From Devosia sp. (GTDB lineage Bacteria; Pseudomonadota; Alphaproteobacteria; Rhizobiales; Devosiaceae), in contig NZ_JAUCDN010000001.1 in the NCBI RefSeq assembly GCF_034675085.1, positions 1-40,810 of the forward strand: a stretch of DNA of 40,810 nucleotides, read 5' to 3'. Positions 17,879 to 27,113 of the stretch are shown one piece after another. The notes beneath the pieces were generated by a model. That model saw nothing but the letters and a program-made list of their open reading frames with translations. It did no database searches and was not told the DNA's origin. Within the stretch, counting starts at the first letter, position 1; each line of letters begins with the position of its first letter. The position numbers and the translations under genes are program-made.

Positions 17879-18784
17879 CTAGCGATCGACGCCCGCCAGT
17901 GCCTCCACCGCCGCGGCATTCGACTGATCGACGAATCCCGGGCCAGAGGGCACATCCGAGCCGGGCAACAGTCCGCCCCCGGTGGTGTAGAGGTGAAGGA
18001 AGATCACGGGGAGATAGCCCTGCAAGCGTTGCTGCTGATCGATCGCATACGCGACCTTGCCGTCCTTGATGAGATTGATCACACCCGGCGTCAGGTCGAA
18101 GCAGGAGAGATGGATGTCGGCGCCGACGGAGTCGATGGCCGCCGCCGCGGCCTCGCAGACATGCGGCCCCACGGCCAGCAGCGAATCGATATCGGTGTTC
18201 GACTGCAAGGCGGCCGCCGTCCTGGCCTCAATTTGCGCGACGTCATTGGAGACGTCGATCATGTTGAGCGGCCTGCCCTCGAAATAGCCTTCGCACCGCT
18301 CGACGAGCGAGGCGTTGAACGCCTCGTGGTTGAGGCACAGTCCGTTGACCGCGCCCTCCTCGCGCGCCCGCCGTCCGGCAGCCTCGCCCGCCAGGCGTTC
18401 GGGCTGGCCGATATGCATGATCGCACCGACCGACCTGGAAAAATCTGCGCCGGAATTGATGGTAATGACCGGAACGCCGGAAGCGACAGCCGCCTGGATG
18501 GCGGGGCCGAGAGCGCCGACATCGGGCAGCGACACCACGATCCCATCGGGCTGGGTGGCGGTGGCCGCTTCGATCAGGCTGGCCATATCGGCCATGTCGC
18601 CGGAGGGGGCGAAATTATACTCGAAATCCGCCCCGATCGCCGCAGCGGCGTCCCGGCCGCCTTTTTCCACCACGGGCCAGAATGTATCGGTTCCCTGGGT
18701 GTGTGTGATCATCACATAGCGTTCGGCAAAGGCCGTGCTGGTCATCAAAAGCAGCGCGGTGGCTGCAAGCGTCAGGTTCCTCAT
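17879..18784 (-). CDS. Sugar (probably inositol-type) ABC transporter substrate-binding protein
   Basis: Signal peptide (AFA), DTFWPVVEKG, PDGIVVS, VITINSG, IDQQQRLQGYLPV. GGAGGAG RBS. Inositol gene context. Confidence 0.88.
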   Translation of the reverse strand: MRNLTLAATALLLMTSTAFAERYVMITHTQGTDTFWPVVEKGGRDAAAAIGADFEYNFAPSGDMADMASLIEAATATQPDGIVVSLPDVGALGPAIQAAVASGVPVITINSGADFSRSVGAIMHIGQPERLAGEAAGRRAREEGAVNGLCLNHEAFNASLVERCEGYFEGRPLNMIDVSNDVAQIEARTAAALQSNTDIDSLLAVGPHVCEAAAAAIDSVGADIHLSCFDLTPGVINLIKDGKVAYAIDQQQRLQGYLPVIFLHLYTTGGGLLPGSDVPSGPGFVDQSNAAAVEALAGVDR

Positions 18785-18835
18785 GAGGTTCTCCTCCCTT
18801 TGTTGAGGTGCTCCGAAGAGCGGCACATAGCGGCC

Positions 18836-19630
18836 CTATTCGGGATACGAGCCCGCAACGTTCTGGTCGTAGTCGATCAGCGCGCCGGTCATGACGCCGG
18901 CCTGGGCGCTCAGCAGGTAGCTGGCCAGGCCGGCAAGCTCGTGTGGCTTGCACAGCTGCCCCATGGGCTGGCCGGCCTCGGCCCGGTCGAGCCAGCCATC
19001 GGTCGCGCCATGATATTTGCGCTGGGTGATGTCCTCTCCCGGCGTATCCATCCAGCCAGGCAGGATGGCGTTGCAGCGGATGCGGTCGAAGCGATAGGCA
19101 TTGGCGACGTTCTTGGTCAGCGTCGCCAGCGCGCCCTTGGAGGCGGAATAAGGCGCCAGGTAGGACTGGCCGCAATGAGCGCATTGCGAGAGAATGTTGA
19201 CGATCGATCCGCCGCCGCCCTTCTCCAGGCGATGCTTGACGAAGCCCTGCATCAAAAAGAACGGCGCCCGCGCATTGGTGTCGAACATCTGGTCCCAGAG
19301 GTCCACCGAGGTGTCGAGCAGGGTGCCGCGAGCGCCGAGCGCCGCGGCATTGATCAGCGCATTAACCTCGCCAAAGGCCGAGACGGCGGCATCCACGATC
19401 CCCAGACACGCATCGACATCCTGCAAGTCGAGGGAGACGAACCGCGTATCGGCGCCGGCCGCTCGAAGCTCGGCTATTGCCGCCTCGCCCTTGGCCGCAT
19501 CACGACCCGCAAGCATGAGCTTCCGGCAGCCCTCGGCCACGAGCTGGCGGGCAATCGCCAGGCCGACCCCCTGGGCGCCGCCGGTGACGATGGCAGCGGT
19601 GTGGGCATGACGGGTATCCAGATCAGACAT
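18836..19630 (-). CDS. Short-chain dehydrogenase/reductase
   Basis: TGGAQGVG, INAA, YSASK catalytic motif. Confidence 0.92.
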   Translation of the reverse strand: MSDLDTRHAHTAAIVTGGAQGVGLAIARQLVAEGCRKLMLAGRDAAKGEAAIAELRAAGADTRFVSLDLQDVDACLGIVDAAVSAFGEVNALINAAALGARGTLLDTSVDLWDQMFDTNARAPFFLMQGFVKHRLEKGGGGSIVNILSQCAHCGQSYLAPYSASKGALATLTKNVANAYRFDRIRCNAILPGWMDTPGEDITQRKYHGATDGWLDRAEAGQPMGQLCKPHELAGLASYLLSAQAGVMTGALIDYDQNVAGSYPE

Positions 19631-20645
19631 GTTCGAAATCCTGTTCGGGGCCGGTCAGGTGGATGGTGCGGCCGTGCTTGAGGGACGCTGTCGCTGCTTC
19701 GGCGAGATAGGCTGCCATCAACCCGTCCAGGGCATTGACCGGCATGTCCCGCCCTTCGCGGGCGCAGTCGAGGAACAGCCGGATTTCGGCGGTATAGGAC
19801 GGGCCATAGCGCTCCATGAAGAATTCGAGGATCGGCGCGGGCGCCCCCGGCACATCCTGGCTGTAGGCGGTAAATCCCGACTGGCGCGGATTGTCGGAGA
19901 CGAGCATGCCGTGCGCGCCGAAGGCCTCGATGCGCTGGTCGAATCCGAAGGCGCAGCGCCGGGAATTGAGGATGGTGACGATGGTCCCGTCCTCGGCCAG
20001 CATGGTTACGCTGGCGGTATCGACATCCCCCAGCCGGCCGATTTCCGGGTCGATAATCGAGGAGCCATGCGCCGTGACCGACACCATATTCTTGCCGACG
20101 ATGGAGCGCGCCATGTCGAAATCATGGATCATCATGTCGCGGAACAGCCCGCCCGAGCGCGGCACGTATTCGAGCGGCGGCGGGAACGGATCGCGGCTGG
20201 TGATGGTCAGCTGCTCCAGCCGGCCGATGCGTCCGGCATGCACGCCCTCCCGAACGGAAGCATGCCCACGGTCGAAACGGCGATTGAAGCCCAGAAAGAC
20301 TTTTCGAGCCGCCGCCTCTCCGACCGTGGCGATGAATTCGCGACTGGCGGCGTAGCTCGAAGCCAGCGGCTTTTCGCAAAGCACCGGCTTGCCCGTCTTC
20401 ACCGCCTCATAGAGCAGCTCGACATGGGTGTCGGACGAGGTGGCGATCATGATCGCGTCCACCGCAGGATCGGCCATGGCGTCGGCCGCCGAGGCGGCGG
20501 CGCGGGCGCCGGTCGACTTGGCCAGGGCCTCGGCGGCTTCGGACACCGGATCGTAGATCGCAGCGATGCTGGCGCCGGCTGCGATGATCGAGGCGGCATG
20601 GACTTTCGCCATGCGGCCCGCACCCATGATGGCAATTTTGCTCAT
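19623..20645 (-). CDS. iolG: Inositol 2-dehydrogenase-like Gfo/Idh/MocA oxidoreductase
   Basis: GAGRMA..H, CEKP, GFNRRFD, ITSRDP.PPP, SGGLFRDMMIHDFD, GDVDTA, FFMERY. ATG at 20645 overlaps the upstream stop. Confidence 0.85.
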   Translation of the reverse strand: MSKIAIMGAGRMAKVHAASIIAAGASIAAIYDPVSEAAEALAKSTGARAAASAADAMADPAVDAIMIATSSDTHVELLYEAVKTGKPVLCEKPLASSYAASREFIATVGEAAARKVFLGFNRRFDRGHASVREGVHAGRIGRLEQLTITSRDPFPPPLEYVPRSGGLFRDMMIHDFDMARSIVGKNMVSVTAHGSSIIDPEIGRLGDVDTASVTMLAEDGTIVTILNSRRCAFGFDQRIEAFGAHGMLVSDNPRQSGFTAYSQDVPGAPAPILEFFMERYGPSYTAEIRLFLDCAREGRDMPVNALDGLMAAYLAEAATASLKHGRTIHLTGPEQDFEHV

Positions 20646-21820
20646 GCGAGGTCTCCTAGGCCGATACGACGGTCCTCGGCGGCCGACCGCTCCATCGCCG
20701 CGATGATCTTTTGATTTTCGAAGCCGAAGCGGAAATCGGGGAAGCACCCGCCCGAACTCATGATCCCCTGGATCAGGTCGTGGACCTCGATCACCTTGAC
20801 GTCGAAATACCCCAGCCCGCCGCCGGCAAAGTCGAAGCCGAAAAACCCGTTGAATTGCTCGACCTGGCTGCCGGCCAGAAGCGTCTTGAAGCCACGGTCG
20901 TGCTTCTCGTCGCCATAGCGGGCGATCTTGAGCTCGTTGAACCGCTCGCCATCCATGACGATGGTGCCTTCGGTGCCGGAGACCTCCCAATAGACGCCGA
21001 AGATCTTGCCCGCGGCGATGCGGGAAGATTCGATTGTGCCGCCGGCGCCATTGGCGAAGCGCACCAGCGACTGGAACTGGTCCTCGTTCTCGACCGCGAG
21101 CCGCGCGCCCGATGCATCGACGCTGGCGCCATAGCCCGAACCGCCGCCCGGAGCCGGGCGGGTCTTGAAGAAGGTCTGCTCCTGACCCGAGACGCTTTCG
21201 ATGCCCCCCATCAGGAATTGCGCCACGCTGATGACGTGCGAGCCCAGATCGCCGAGAGAGCCCGAGCCCGCCTGCTGCCGCGAGCAGCGCCAGCTCCAGG
21301 CCATTTCCGGGTCGTTGAAAAAGCCCTGGTCGAACCAGCCGCGAAAACGGGTGGGCGTGCCGATATCGCCACGCTCGATCAGGCGCTTGGCAAGCAGGGC
21401 GGCCGGCGTCTTGATATTGTTGAACGCCACCATGGTCTTGACGCCGCGCTTCTCGGCCGCTTCGGCCAGCGCCCTGGCGTCTTCGAGCTTCACGGTGAGG
21501 GGCTTTTCGCAATAAACATGCTTACCGGCCGCGATGGCCGCCATGGCCATCTCCACATGCATGGCGTTGGGCGTGGTGATGTCGACAATGTCGATCTCCG
21601 GATCGGCAATCATGGCGCGCCAATCCGACGTCGCCTTGGCGAAGCCGAACCGCGCGGCGGCGGCATCCGCCAGCTCCTGACTGGCGTCGGCCAGCGTATG
21701 CAGCGCCGGCACCGCCGGAAGGTCGCGGTAAAGAAGGGCCGCGCGCCGGAATGCGTCGGCATGGGCCTGCCCCATGAAGCCGGAACCGATCAGGCCGATG
21801 TTCAAAATCTTGCGCGTCAT
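20642..21820 (-). CDS. Gfo/Idh/MocA family oxidoreductase (scyllo-inositol/L-glucose or levoglucosan dehydrogenase-like subfamily)
   Basis: GLIGSGFMGQAH, ITTPNAMH, CEKP, WSWR, GSLGDLGSH, VENEDQ. Subfamily assignment is from remembered sequences only. Confidence 0.85.
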   Translation of the reverse strand: MTRKILNIGLIGSGFMGQAHADAFRRAALLYRDLPAVPALHTLADASQELADAAAARFGFAKATSDWRAMIADPEIDIVDITTPNAMHVEMAMAAIAAGKHVYCEKPLTVKLEDARALAEAAEKRGVKTMVAFNNIKTPAALLAKRLIERGDIGTPTRFRGWFDQGFFNDPEMAWSWRCSRQQAGSGSLGDLGSHVISVAQFLMGGIESVSGQEQTFFKTRPAPGGGSGYGASVDASGARLAVENEDQFQSLVRFANGAGGTIESSRIAAGKIFGVYWEVSGTEGTIVMDGERFNELKIARYGDEKHDRGFKTLLAGSQVEQFNGFFGFDFAGGGLGYFDVKVIEVHDLIQGIMSSGGCFPDFRFGFENQKIIAAMERSAAEDRRIGLGDLA

Positions 21821-21827
21821 GACGTCC

Positions 21828-22760
21828 TCATGCCCTTTCGAGGGCAGGTTTCAGGATGGTTTCGGAAACGAAGCGATGGGCGCGCGCCACCGTCGGCGCC
21901 GGCGGCGCCATGGCGGGGTCCTGTTCAGCCTCCACGACCAGCCAGCCGGAATAGCGGCTCTCCGCCAGGAATCGCGCCAATGGGCCGTAATCGACCGCGC
22001 CGTCACCGGGCACGGTGAACATTCCCGACCGAACCGCGGCGTTGAAGCTGAGGTCGCGCGCCCGCACCTCTGCCAGAACCGGCGCACGCACATCCTTGAG
22101 ATGGATGTGGTTGATGCGGGGGCCGAACTTTTCGATCAGCGTCGCATAGTCGTAGCCTGCGGCATAGGCATGCCCGGTATCGAGCAGCAGGCCCACCTGG
22201 GGACCGGTGGCCGCCATGACGGCGCGCACCTCGTCCATCGTTTCTGCCACCATCATCAGATGGTGGTGATAGGCAAGGCCAAGTCCGAACTCGTCGCGCA
22301 GCGCCTCGGCAAAGCGCGTCAGCCGCTCGCCATAGCCGGCCCATTCGCCGCTCGCCAGCGTCCATCGGCCGGACATGCCGATATCGAGCGCGCTGTCAGG
22401 CATCCGCGCGCATTCACCATAGACCATGACCGAAACGCCACAGGCCTTGAGCAGGCTCGCATGTTCGCGCGCCGCGACGATCTCGTCCTCGACGCTGCGG
22501 TCGGCCAGAAAACCATTGTGCCAGCCCGAGGCCAGGGACAGTCCATGGCGGGCAAGCATTTGCGACAGGGATGTCGCATCGCGCGGAAAAATCCGGCTGA
22601 GTTCAACCCCCTCATATCCTGCCGAAGCCGCCTCGGAGAGACATTGCTCGGCGCCGGTGCCGCGACCGAAATCGTCGAGCACCTCGTTGACCCAGGACAA
22701 CGGGCTGACACCAAGGCGAATTGCCGATGCGCCCGAACGGGCTGCGGTTGCGTCTTTCAC
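21828..22760 (-). CDS. iolE: Myo-inosose-2 dehydratase (IolE/MocC family)
   Basis: GVSPLSWVN, LASGW, YHHHLM..ET, LLDTGH, HIHLKDVR, FTVPGDG, YSGWLVVEAEQDP. Confidence 0.88.
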   Translation of the reverse strand: MKDATAARSGASAIRLGVSPLSWVNEVLDDFGRGTGAEQCLSEAASAGYEGVELSRIFPRDATSLSQMLARHGLSLASGWHNGFLADRSVEDEIVAAREHASLLKACGVSVMVYGECARMPDSALDIGMSGRWTLASGEWAGYGERLTRFAEALRDEFGLGLAYHHHLMMVAETMDEVRAVMAATGPQVGLLLDTGHAYAAGYDYATLIEKFGPRINHIHLKDVRAPVLAEVRARDLSFNAAVRSGMFTVPGDGAVDYGPLARFLAESRYSGWLVVEAEQDPAMAPPAPTVARAHRFVSETILKPALERA

Positions 22761-22818
22761 GATTTCCTCCCTATTGCGATCAGCCTATCGGGAGGGTCTT
22801 GGCCAATGAAGTTGACTC

Positions 22819-22836
22819 TTGATGGTTTCCCTTCAA
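22819..22836. promoter_or_regulatory. Predicted operator between divergent iolE and LacI genes
   Basis: Imperfect palindrome TTGATGGTTTCCCTTCAA (12/18 positions symmetric), next to TTGACT at 22812-22817. Confidence 0.45.
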
Positions 22837-22869
22837 ATGTCGTGGTGGGAATCCAGCAACGGAGCCGCC

Positions 22870-23904
22870 ATGTCCAGCAAGACCACGCTCGAACAGATCG
22901 CCCTGGCGGCCGGTGTCAGTCTCTCGACGGTGGATCGCGTCGTGAACCGCCGGGGCGGGGTCTCGCCCAAGGCGGAAGCCAAGGTTCTGGAATGGGCGAG
23001 CCGGCTGAACCTTGATCGGCGGATTTTCCGCAGCCATCTGCGCTCCTTGCGGATCGCCGTGCTGATGCAGTCGCCGCACAACCCGTTCTTTCGGGCGCTT
23101 CGCGATGCTTTTACCGAGGAGAACGTCTCAAAGGCGGACCTCAGGATGACGGCCTTCATCCACTATATCGACGTGAGCGATCCCGCCGGCACGGCCCGGA
23201 AGATCGAGGAAATCGCCGATACCTATGACGGCTTGATCATTACCTGTCCAAACGATCCGCGCCTGTCCGATGCGCTGCGCCTGCATTCTGCAAAACTTCC
23301 GATCGTGACCCTGGTCACGGACCTGCCCAATTGCGGGCGCCTGGCCTATGTGGGCGCCGACAATCGGCAGATGGGCCGCGTGGTCGGAGAACTCATGGGC
23401 CGGTTTCTGGGGAATGAGGGCGGGGAGGTGCTCATCGTGCTGGGCATGCAGCGCATGGTTGGGCACGAGGAACGCGAGATGGGTTTCCGCACCGTGCTGC
23501 GCGAGCGGTTTCCCCAATGCCGCATATTGGCTACGCTGGAAAGCGGCGAAGATCCGGCCACGGCGGGCGAGGTCGTCGCAGCGGCCCTGATTGACGCGCC
23601 ACAGGTTCGCGGCATCTACAATGCGTCGGCCGGAAACATGGCGATCGCGCGAAGTATCCTGGCAATGGGTCTGGACCAGCACATCGTCATGATCACCCAT
23701 GAATTGACCGCATCGCGTCGCCAATTGCTGCGTGACGGCATACTCGACGCGGTGATCGACCAGAACCCTCGCCTGGAGGCCAGCCGCGCCCTTGATATTC
23801 TGGCCCAACATTTCCAACGCGGAGAAATTGTCGCGGGACACCCTCACCACACGCCCTTCGACATCTTCATCCGCGAGAACTGCCCCACCATCGAGGCGCC
23901 ATAG
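22870..23904 (+). CDS. LacI family transcriptional regulator
   Basis: TLEQIALAAGVSLSTVDRVVN.R HTH, PIVTLVTDLP, YVGADN, AVIDQNP. ATG at 22870 with GGAG RBS. Confidence 0.93.
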   Translation: MSSKTTLEQIALAAGVSLSTVDRVVNRRGGVSPKAEAKVLEWASRLNLDRRIFRSHLRSLRIAVLMQSPHNPFFRALRDAFTEENVSKADLRMTAFIHYIDVSDPAGTARKIEEIADTYDGLIITCPNDPRLSDALRLHSAKLPIVTLVTDLPNCGRLAYVGADNRQMGRVVGELMGRFLGNEGGEVLIVLGMQRMVGHEEREMGFRTVLRERFPQCRILATLESGEDPATAGEVVAAALIDAPQVRGIYNASAGNMAIARSILAMGLDQHIVMITHELTASRRQLLRDGILDAVIDQNPRLEASRALDILAQHFQRGEIVAGHPHHTPFDIFIRENCPTIEAP

Positions 23905-23949
23905 GCGCCCATCCGATTTGACCCCGGGAGACATGCCGAAACCCACGGC

Positions 23950-23993
23950 AAAAAAGGAAAAGCCCAGCGAACTCATCGAGTTCACTGGGCTTT
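23950..23993 (-). terminator. Rho-independent terminator after tRNA-fMet (possibly bidirectional)
   Basis: 16-bp stem aaagcccagcgaactc/gagttcactgggcttt (one G-U on the minus strand), 3-nt loop, U-rich tail on the minus strand. Confidence 0.8.
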
Positions 23994-23996
23994 CTT

Positions 23997-24073
<77 letters not shown>

Positions 24074-24105
24074 TCATCGCAAGGGCCAAGCCATTGCGTG
24101 AGGGC

Positions 24106-24134
24106 TATATAGGGGGTGCGGACGCGGACCTCAA
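24106..24134 (-). promoter_or_regulatory. Predicted sigma70 promoter of tRNA-fMet
   Basis: Minus strand TTGAGG, 17 bp spacer, TATATA, about 30 bp upstream of the tRNA. Confidence 0.6.
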
Positions 24135-24253
24135 CCCCTAAACCGCTTTATCTGACGGTTTTTTGACAGGGGAATTTTATGTCAGAATACCTGTCTTTTC
24201 CGGCGGGATCGGCTAGGTTGCCGCCTCCATCCTTCCAACTCCCCGGAACAGCC

Positions 24254-25291
24254 ATGAAAAGCAATCCCCTTGGCCGCACCGCGCTGCGCGTCACCGAAAT
24301 CTGCCTGGGCACCATGACCTGGGGCAGCCAGAACACCGAGGCCGAGGGGCACGCCCAGATCGACATGGCGCTGGAGGCCGGCATCAATTTCATGGATACG
24401 GCCGAGCTCTATGCCGTGCCCGGCAGTGCGCAGACCTCGGGCCGCACCGAAGAGATCATCGGCTCCTGGCTGGCCCGCACCGGCAGGCGCGACCAGTGGA
24501 TCATCGCCTCCAAGATTGCCGGGGGCGGAAACGCCTTCATCCGCGAGGGCAAGCGGGCCGATGGCGCCGCGATCCGCCAGGCGCTGGAAGGCAGCCTCAG
24601 GCGGCTGCGCACCGATCATATCGATCTCTACCAGATCCACTGGCCCAGCCGCGGCCACTATAATTTCGAGCATTCCTGGACCTATGCGCCCCACAAGCAG
24701 GACACCGCCAGCGTCCTCGACAATATCGCCGACATGCTCGAAACCCTCGACGCCTTGGTCAAGGAAGGCAAGATCGGCCATGTCGGGGTCTCCAACGAGA
24801 CCACCTGGGGCATCGCCCAATGGCTGCGCATCGCCCAGGAGCGGGGCCTGCCGCGCCTCGTCTCGGTGCAGAACGAATATAATCTCCTGCGCCGCCATTT
24901 CGACCTCGACCTGGCCGAGTTGAGCCATCACGAGGATGTGGGCCTATTGGTCTATTCCGCTCTCGCCGCCGGCCTGCTGACCGGCAAATATGCCGGCGGC
25001 GTCACCCCGCCGGGCAGCCGCAAGGCCTATCAGAAGGGCTTCTGGCGGCTCAATCCGCAATCGGAAGCGGCCACCGCCGATTATGTCGCCCTGGCCCGCA
25101 GCCACGGGCTCGATCCGGCGCAGATGGCCATTGCCTTTGCCCTCTCGCGCCCCTTCACCACCTCGGTCATTGTCGGGGCCACCAGCACCGACCAACTCGC
25201 CAACGCCATCGGCGCCCACAGGCTGACGCTGAGCCCCGAGGTGCTGGCCGGGATCGAGGCCATCCACCGCCGCAACGGCCGGCCCATCTAG
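24254..25291 (+). CDS. Aldo/keto reductase (Tas-like)
   Basis: CLGTMTWG.QN, DTAELY, SLRRLRTDHIDLYQIHWP, GVSNET, QNEYNLL, GLLTGKY. Confidence 0.93.
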   Translation: MKSNPLGRTALRVTEICLGTMTWGSQNTEAEGHAQIDMALEAGINFMDTAELYAVPGSAQTSGRTEEIIGSWLARTGRRDQWIIASKIAGGGNAFIREGKRADGAAIRQALEGSLRRLRTDHIDLYQIHWPSRGHYNFEHSWTYAPHKQDTASVLDNIADMLETLDALVKEGKIGHVGVSNETTWGIAQWLRIAQERGLPRLVSVQNEYNLLRRHFDLDLAELSHHEDVGLLVYSALAAGLLTGKYAGGVTPPGSRKAYQKGFWRLNPQSEAATADYVALARSHGLDPAQMAIAFALSRPFTTSVIVGATSTDQLANAIGAHRLTLSPEVLAGIEAIHRRNGRPI

Positions 25292-25393
25292 AGCGTTTCC
25301 AGCAAAAGTGGAAACGGTTTTGCGGTTCGGAAACGCGATGAAACAAAGGCTTAGTTCATTTCAGCGTTTCTACTAAACGGTGAAATGATCTAG
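25288..25393. repeat. RIME1/Bru-RS-like rhizobial intergenic mosaic element (106 bp, CTAG ends)
   Basis: CTAGAGCGTTTCCAGCAAAAGTGGAAACGGTTTTGC...GAAACGC.ATGAAACAAA...CATTTCA...TGAAATGATCTAG. Two internal palindromes, AT-rich relative to the flanks. Confidence 0.75.
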
Positions 25394-25473
25394 GGACGGA
25401 GGCGGCGCCCGGCGCGGCTTTCTTTACCTTCAGGCGCTAGCATGAGGGCTCGGCAGCATCTGCGGAGCCCATC

Positions 25474-26163
25474 TTGTCCACCACGCTTTTATCCACCTTC
25501 TTTCCGCTCATCTGTTATTACGGCTACAATATCGCCGTGCCGCTGGTGGAGCGGGTGCGCCCGTCCCTGTCCTCGATCATGAATATCCAGCGCCGCCGCT
25601 GGGTGGCCAACGCCACGCGGCGCGAAACCCCGTTCGACGCCATCCTGGCGGGCAATCTCATGGGCTCGGTGAGCTTTCTCGCCTCCACCGCCGTATTGCT
25701 GATTCTCGCCGTCTTCGCCGTGTTCGGCCAGGTGCCGGCGCTGATGGAGACGCTCTCCTCGCTGTCGCTGGCGCGCCGCTACACCATGCTGGAGGTGCAA
25801 CTGCATCTGGTGGTGATGCTGGCCATGTTCGTGCTGGCCTTTTTCGCCTTCACCCTGTCGCTGCGCCAGTTCAACCATTTCTGCATCATGCTGGGCGCGC
25901 TCGACCAGACCGGCACCACCTCCGACGAGGAAATCGACGCCATCACCGCCGTCAACGCCCTGGGCGCGCGCAATTTCAACAGCGGCATCCGCGCCTATTA
26001 TTTTTCCATCTCCACCGTGGCCTGGTTCGTCTCCGACTGGCTGCCGATCGCGGCAGGCCTGCTCACCGTCATGGTGCTGGCGCAGCGCGAATTTTTCTCC
26101 TCGGCCCATCGCAGCGCCGCCGAGGCCGCGCTCCTGGCTCTGCGCCGGCGCGAGCCACGCTGA
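25474..26163 (+). CDS. DUF599 family membrane protein
   Basis: SLSSIMN..RRRW, SFLAST, LRQFNHF, FNSGIRAYYFS..AWF, REFFS. TTG start. Confidence 0.8.
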   Translation: MSTTLLSTFFPLICYYGYNIAVPLVERVRPSLSSIMNIQRRRWVANATRRETPFDAILAGNLMGSVSFLASTAVLLILAVFAVFGQVPALMETLSSLSLARRYTMLEVQLHLVVMLAMFVLAFFAFTLSLRQFNHFCIMLGALDQTGTTSDEEIDAITAVNALGARNFNSGIRAYYFSISTVAWFVSDWLPIAAGLLTVMVLAQREFFSSAHRSAAEAALLALRRREPR

Positions 26164-26211
26164 GGGCGGCACATCGCCGCGCCCTCGCCCCGCTCGGCCT
26201 TCGGGCAATAT

Positions 26212-26228
26212 CTGACATTGACATTCAG
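26212..26228. promoter_or_regulatory. IRO-like (RirA-type) box TGA-N9-TCA upstream of bfd-bfr
   Basis: cTGAcattgacatTCAg, overlapping a TTGACA -35 hexamer, 55 bp upstream of bfd. Confidence 0.55.
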
Positions 26229-26283
26229 CATTTGAAGTCGCTTTATGCGCCCCAGCAAGCGCCACCAGATTTTTTGCCCGCAA

Positions 26284-26595
26284 ATGCTCGTCTGCCAGTG
26301 CAACATGATCACCAGCAAGGAAATCGAGGATATCGTCCTCGATCTGCTGCGCGCCGATCCCTGGCAGCTCGTTGTGCCGGCCAAGGTCTATAGCGAGCTC
26401 AACCGCCGCGCCAAATGCGGCGGTTGCGTGCCGAATGTGGTGGACATTATCGTCCGCGTCACCGAAAACTACCACTCGCAGCAAGCCCGGCAGACTGGAG
26501 AAGTCATGACGCTTCCCGTTGGCCTGGAAAAGCTCAAGCAGCAACGGAGTGGAGTACGTCGTGAAAGGCGAAGCGCAGGTCATCGAGCGGCTTAA
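26284..26595 (+). CDS. bfd: Bacterioferritin-associated ferredoxin (2Fe-2S)
   Basis: MLVCQCN...CGGC (CxC...CxxC), immediately upstream of bfr. Confidence 0.85.
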   Translation: MLVCQCNMITSKEIEDIVLDLLRADPWQLVVPAKVYSELNRRAKCGGCVPNVVDIIVRVTENYHSQQARQTGEVMTLPVGLEKLKQQRSGVRRERRSAGHRAA

Positions 26596-27046
26596 CGAAG
26601 CCCTCTTTCTCGAACTCGGGGCGGTCAACCAGTATTGGGTCCATTATCGTCTGCTGGACGATTGGGGCTACAAGAAGCTGGCCAACAAGGAACGCGCCGA
26701 ATCCATCGAGGAAATGCACCACGCGGATCGGCTCATCGAGCGCATCATCTTCCTCGAGGGCCATCCCAATCTGCAGCGGGTCGCCCCGCTGCGTATCGGC
26801 CAGACCATAAAGGAAGTGCTGGAGGCGGACCTCGCCGGCGAGTACGATGCCCGCGCCGCCTACAAGGCCAGCCGGGAATTGTGCGAGGAGCTTGGCGACT
26901 ATGTCTCCAAGAATCTCTTCGAGGAGCTTCTGGCCGACGAGGAAGGCCATATCGACTTCCTCGAGACCCAGCTCGACCTGCTCGACAAGATCGGCGTCGA
27001 GAAATACGGCCAGCTCAATTCGGCTTCGGCCGACCAGGCCGAATAA
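26561..27046 (+). CDS. bfr: Bacterioferritin
   Basis: GTG start MKGEAQVI with [46 protein letters not shown]. Confidence 0.97.
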   Translation: MKGEAQVIERLNEALFLELGAVNQYWVHYRLLDDWGYKKLANKERAESIEEMHHADRLIERIIFLEGHPNLQRVAPLRIGQTIKEVLEADLAGEYDARAAYKASRELCEELGDYVSKNLFEELLADEEGHIDFLETQLDLLDKIGVEKYGQLNSASADQAE

Positions 27047-27059
27047 GCGCCTTCATCTC

Positions 27060-27092
27060 AAGCCGCCCACGAGTTTTTGCGGGCGGCTTTTT
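27060..27092 (+). terminator. Rho-independent terminator after bfr
   Basis: aagccgccc...gggcggctt stem followed by a T run. Confidence 0.7.
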
Positions 27093-27113
27093 CCCGCCAT
27101 AGCGAGCGATTGC

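Noticed and set aside
19623-21512. 629-aa apparent fusion ending in IolG
   Set aside because: The N-terminal 288 aa is an off-frame reading of the upstream dehydrogenase. The real start is the ATG at 20645 with a GGAG RBS.
15895-22760. Rhizopine (moc) catabolism cluster
   Set aside because: MocA-like and MocC-like families are present, but there is no GntR/MocR regulator or Rieske MocDEF demethylase in the window, so the specific call is unsupported.
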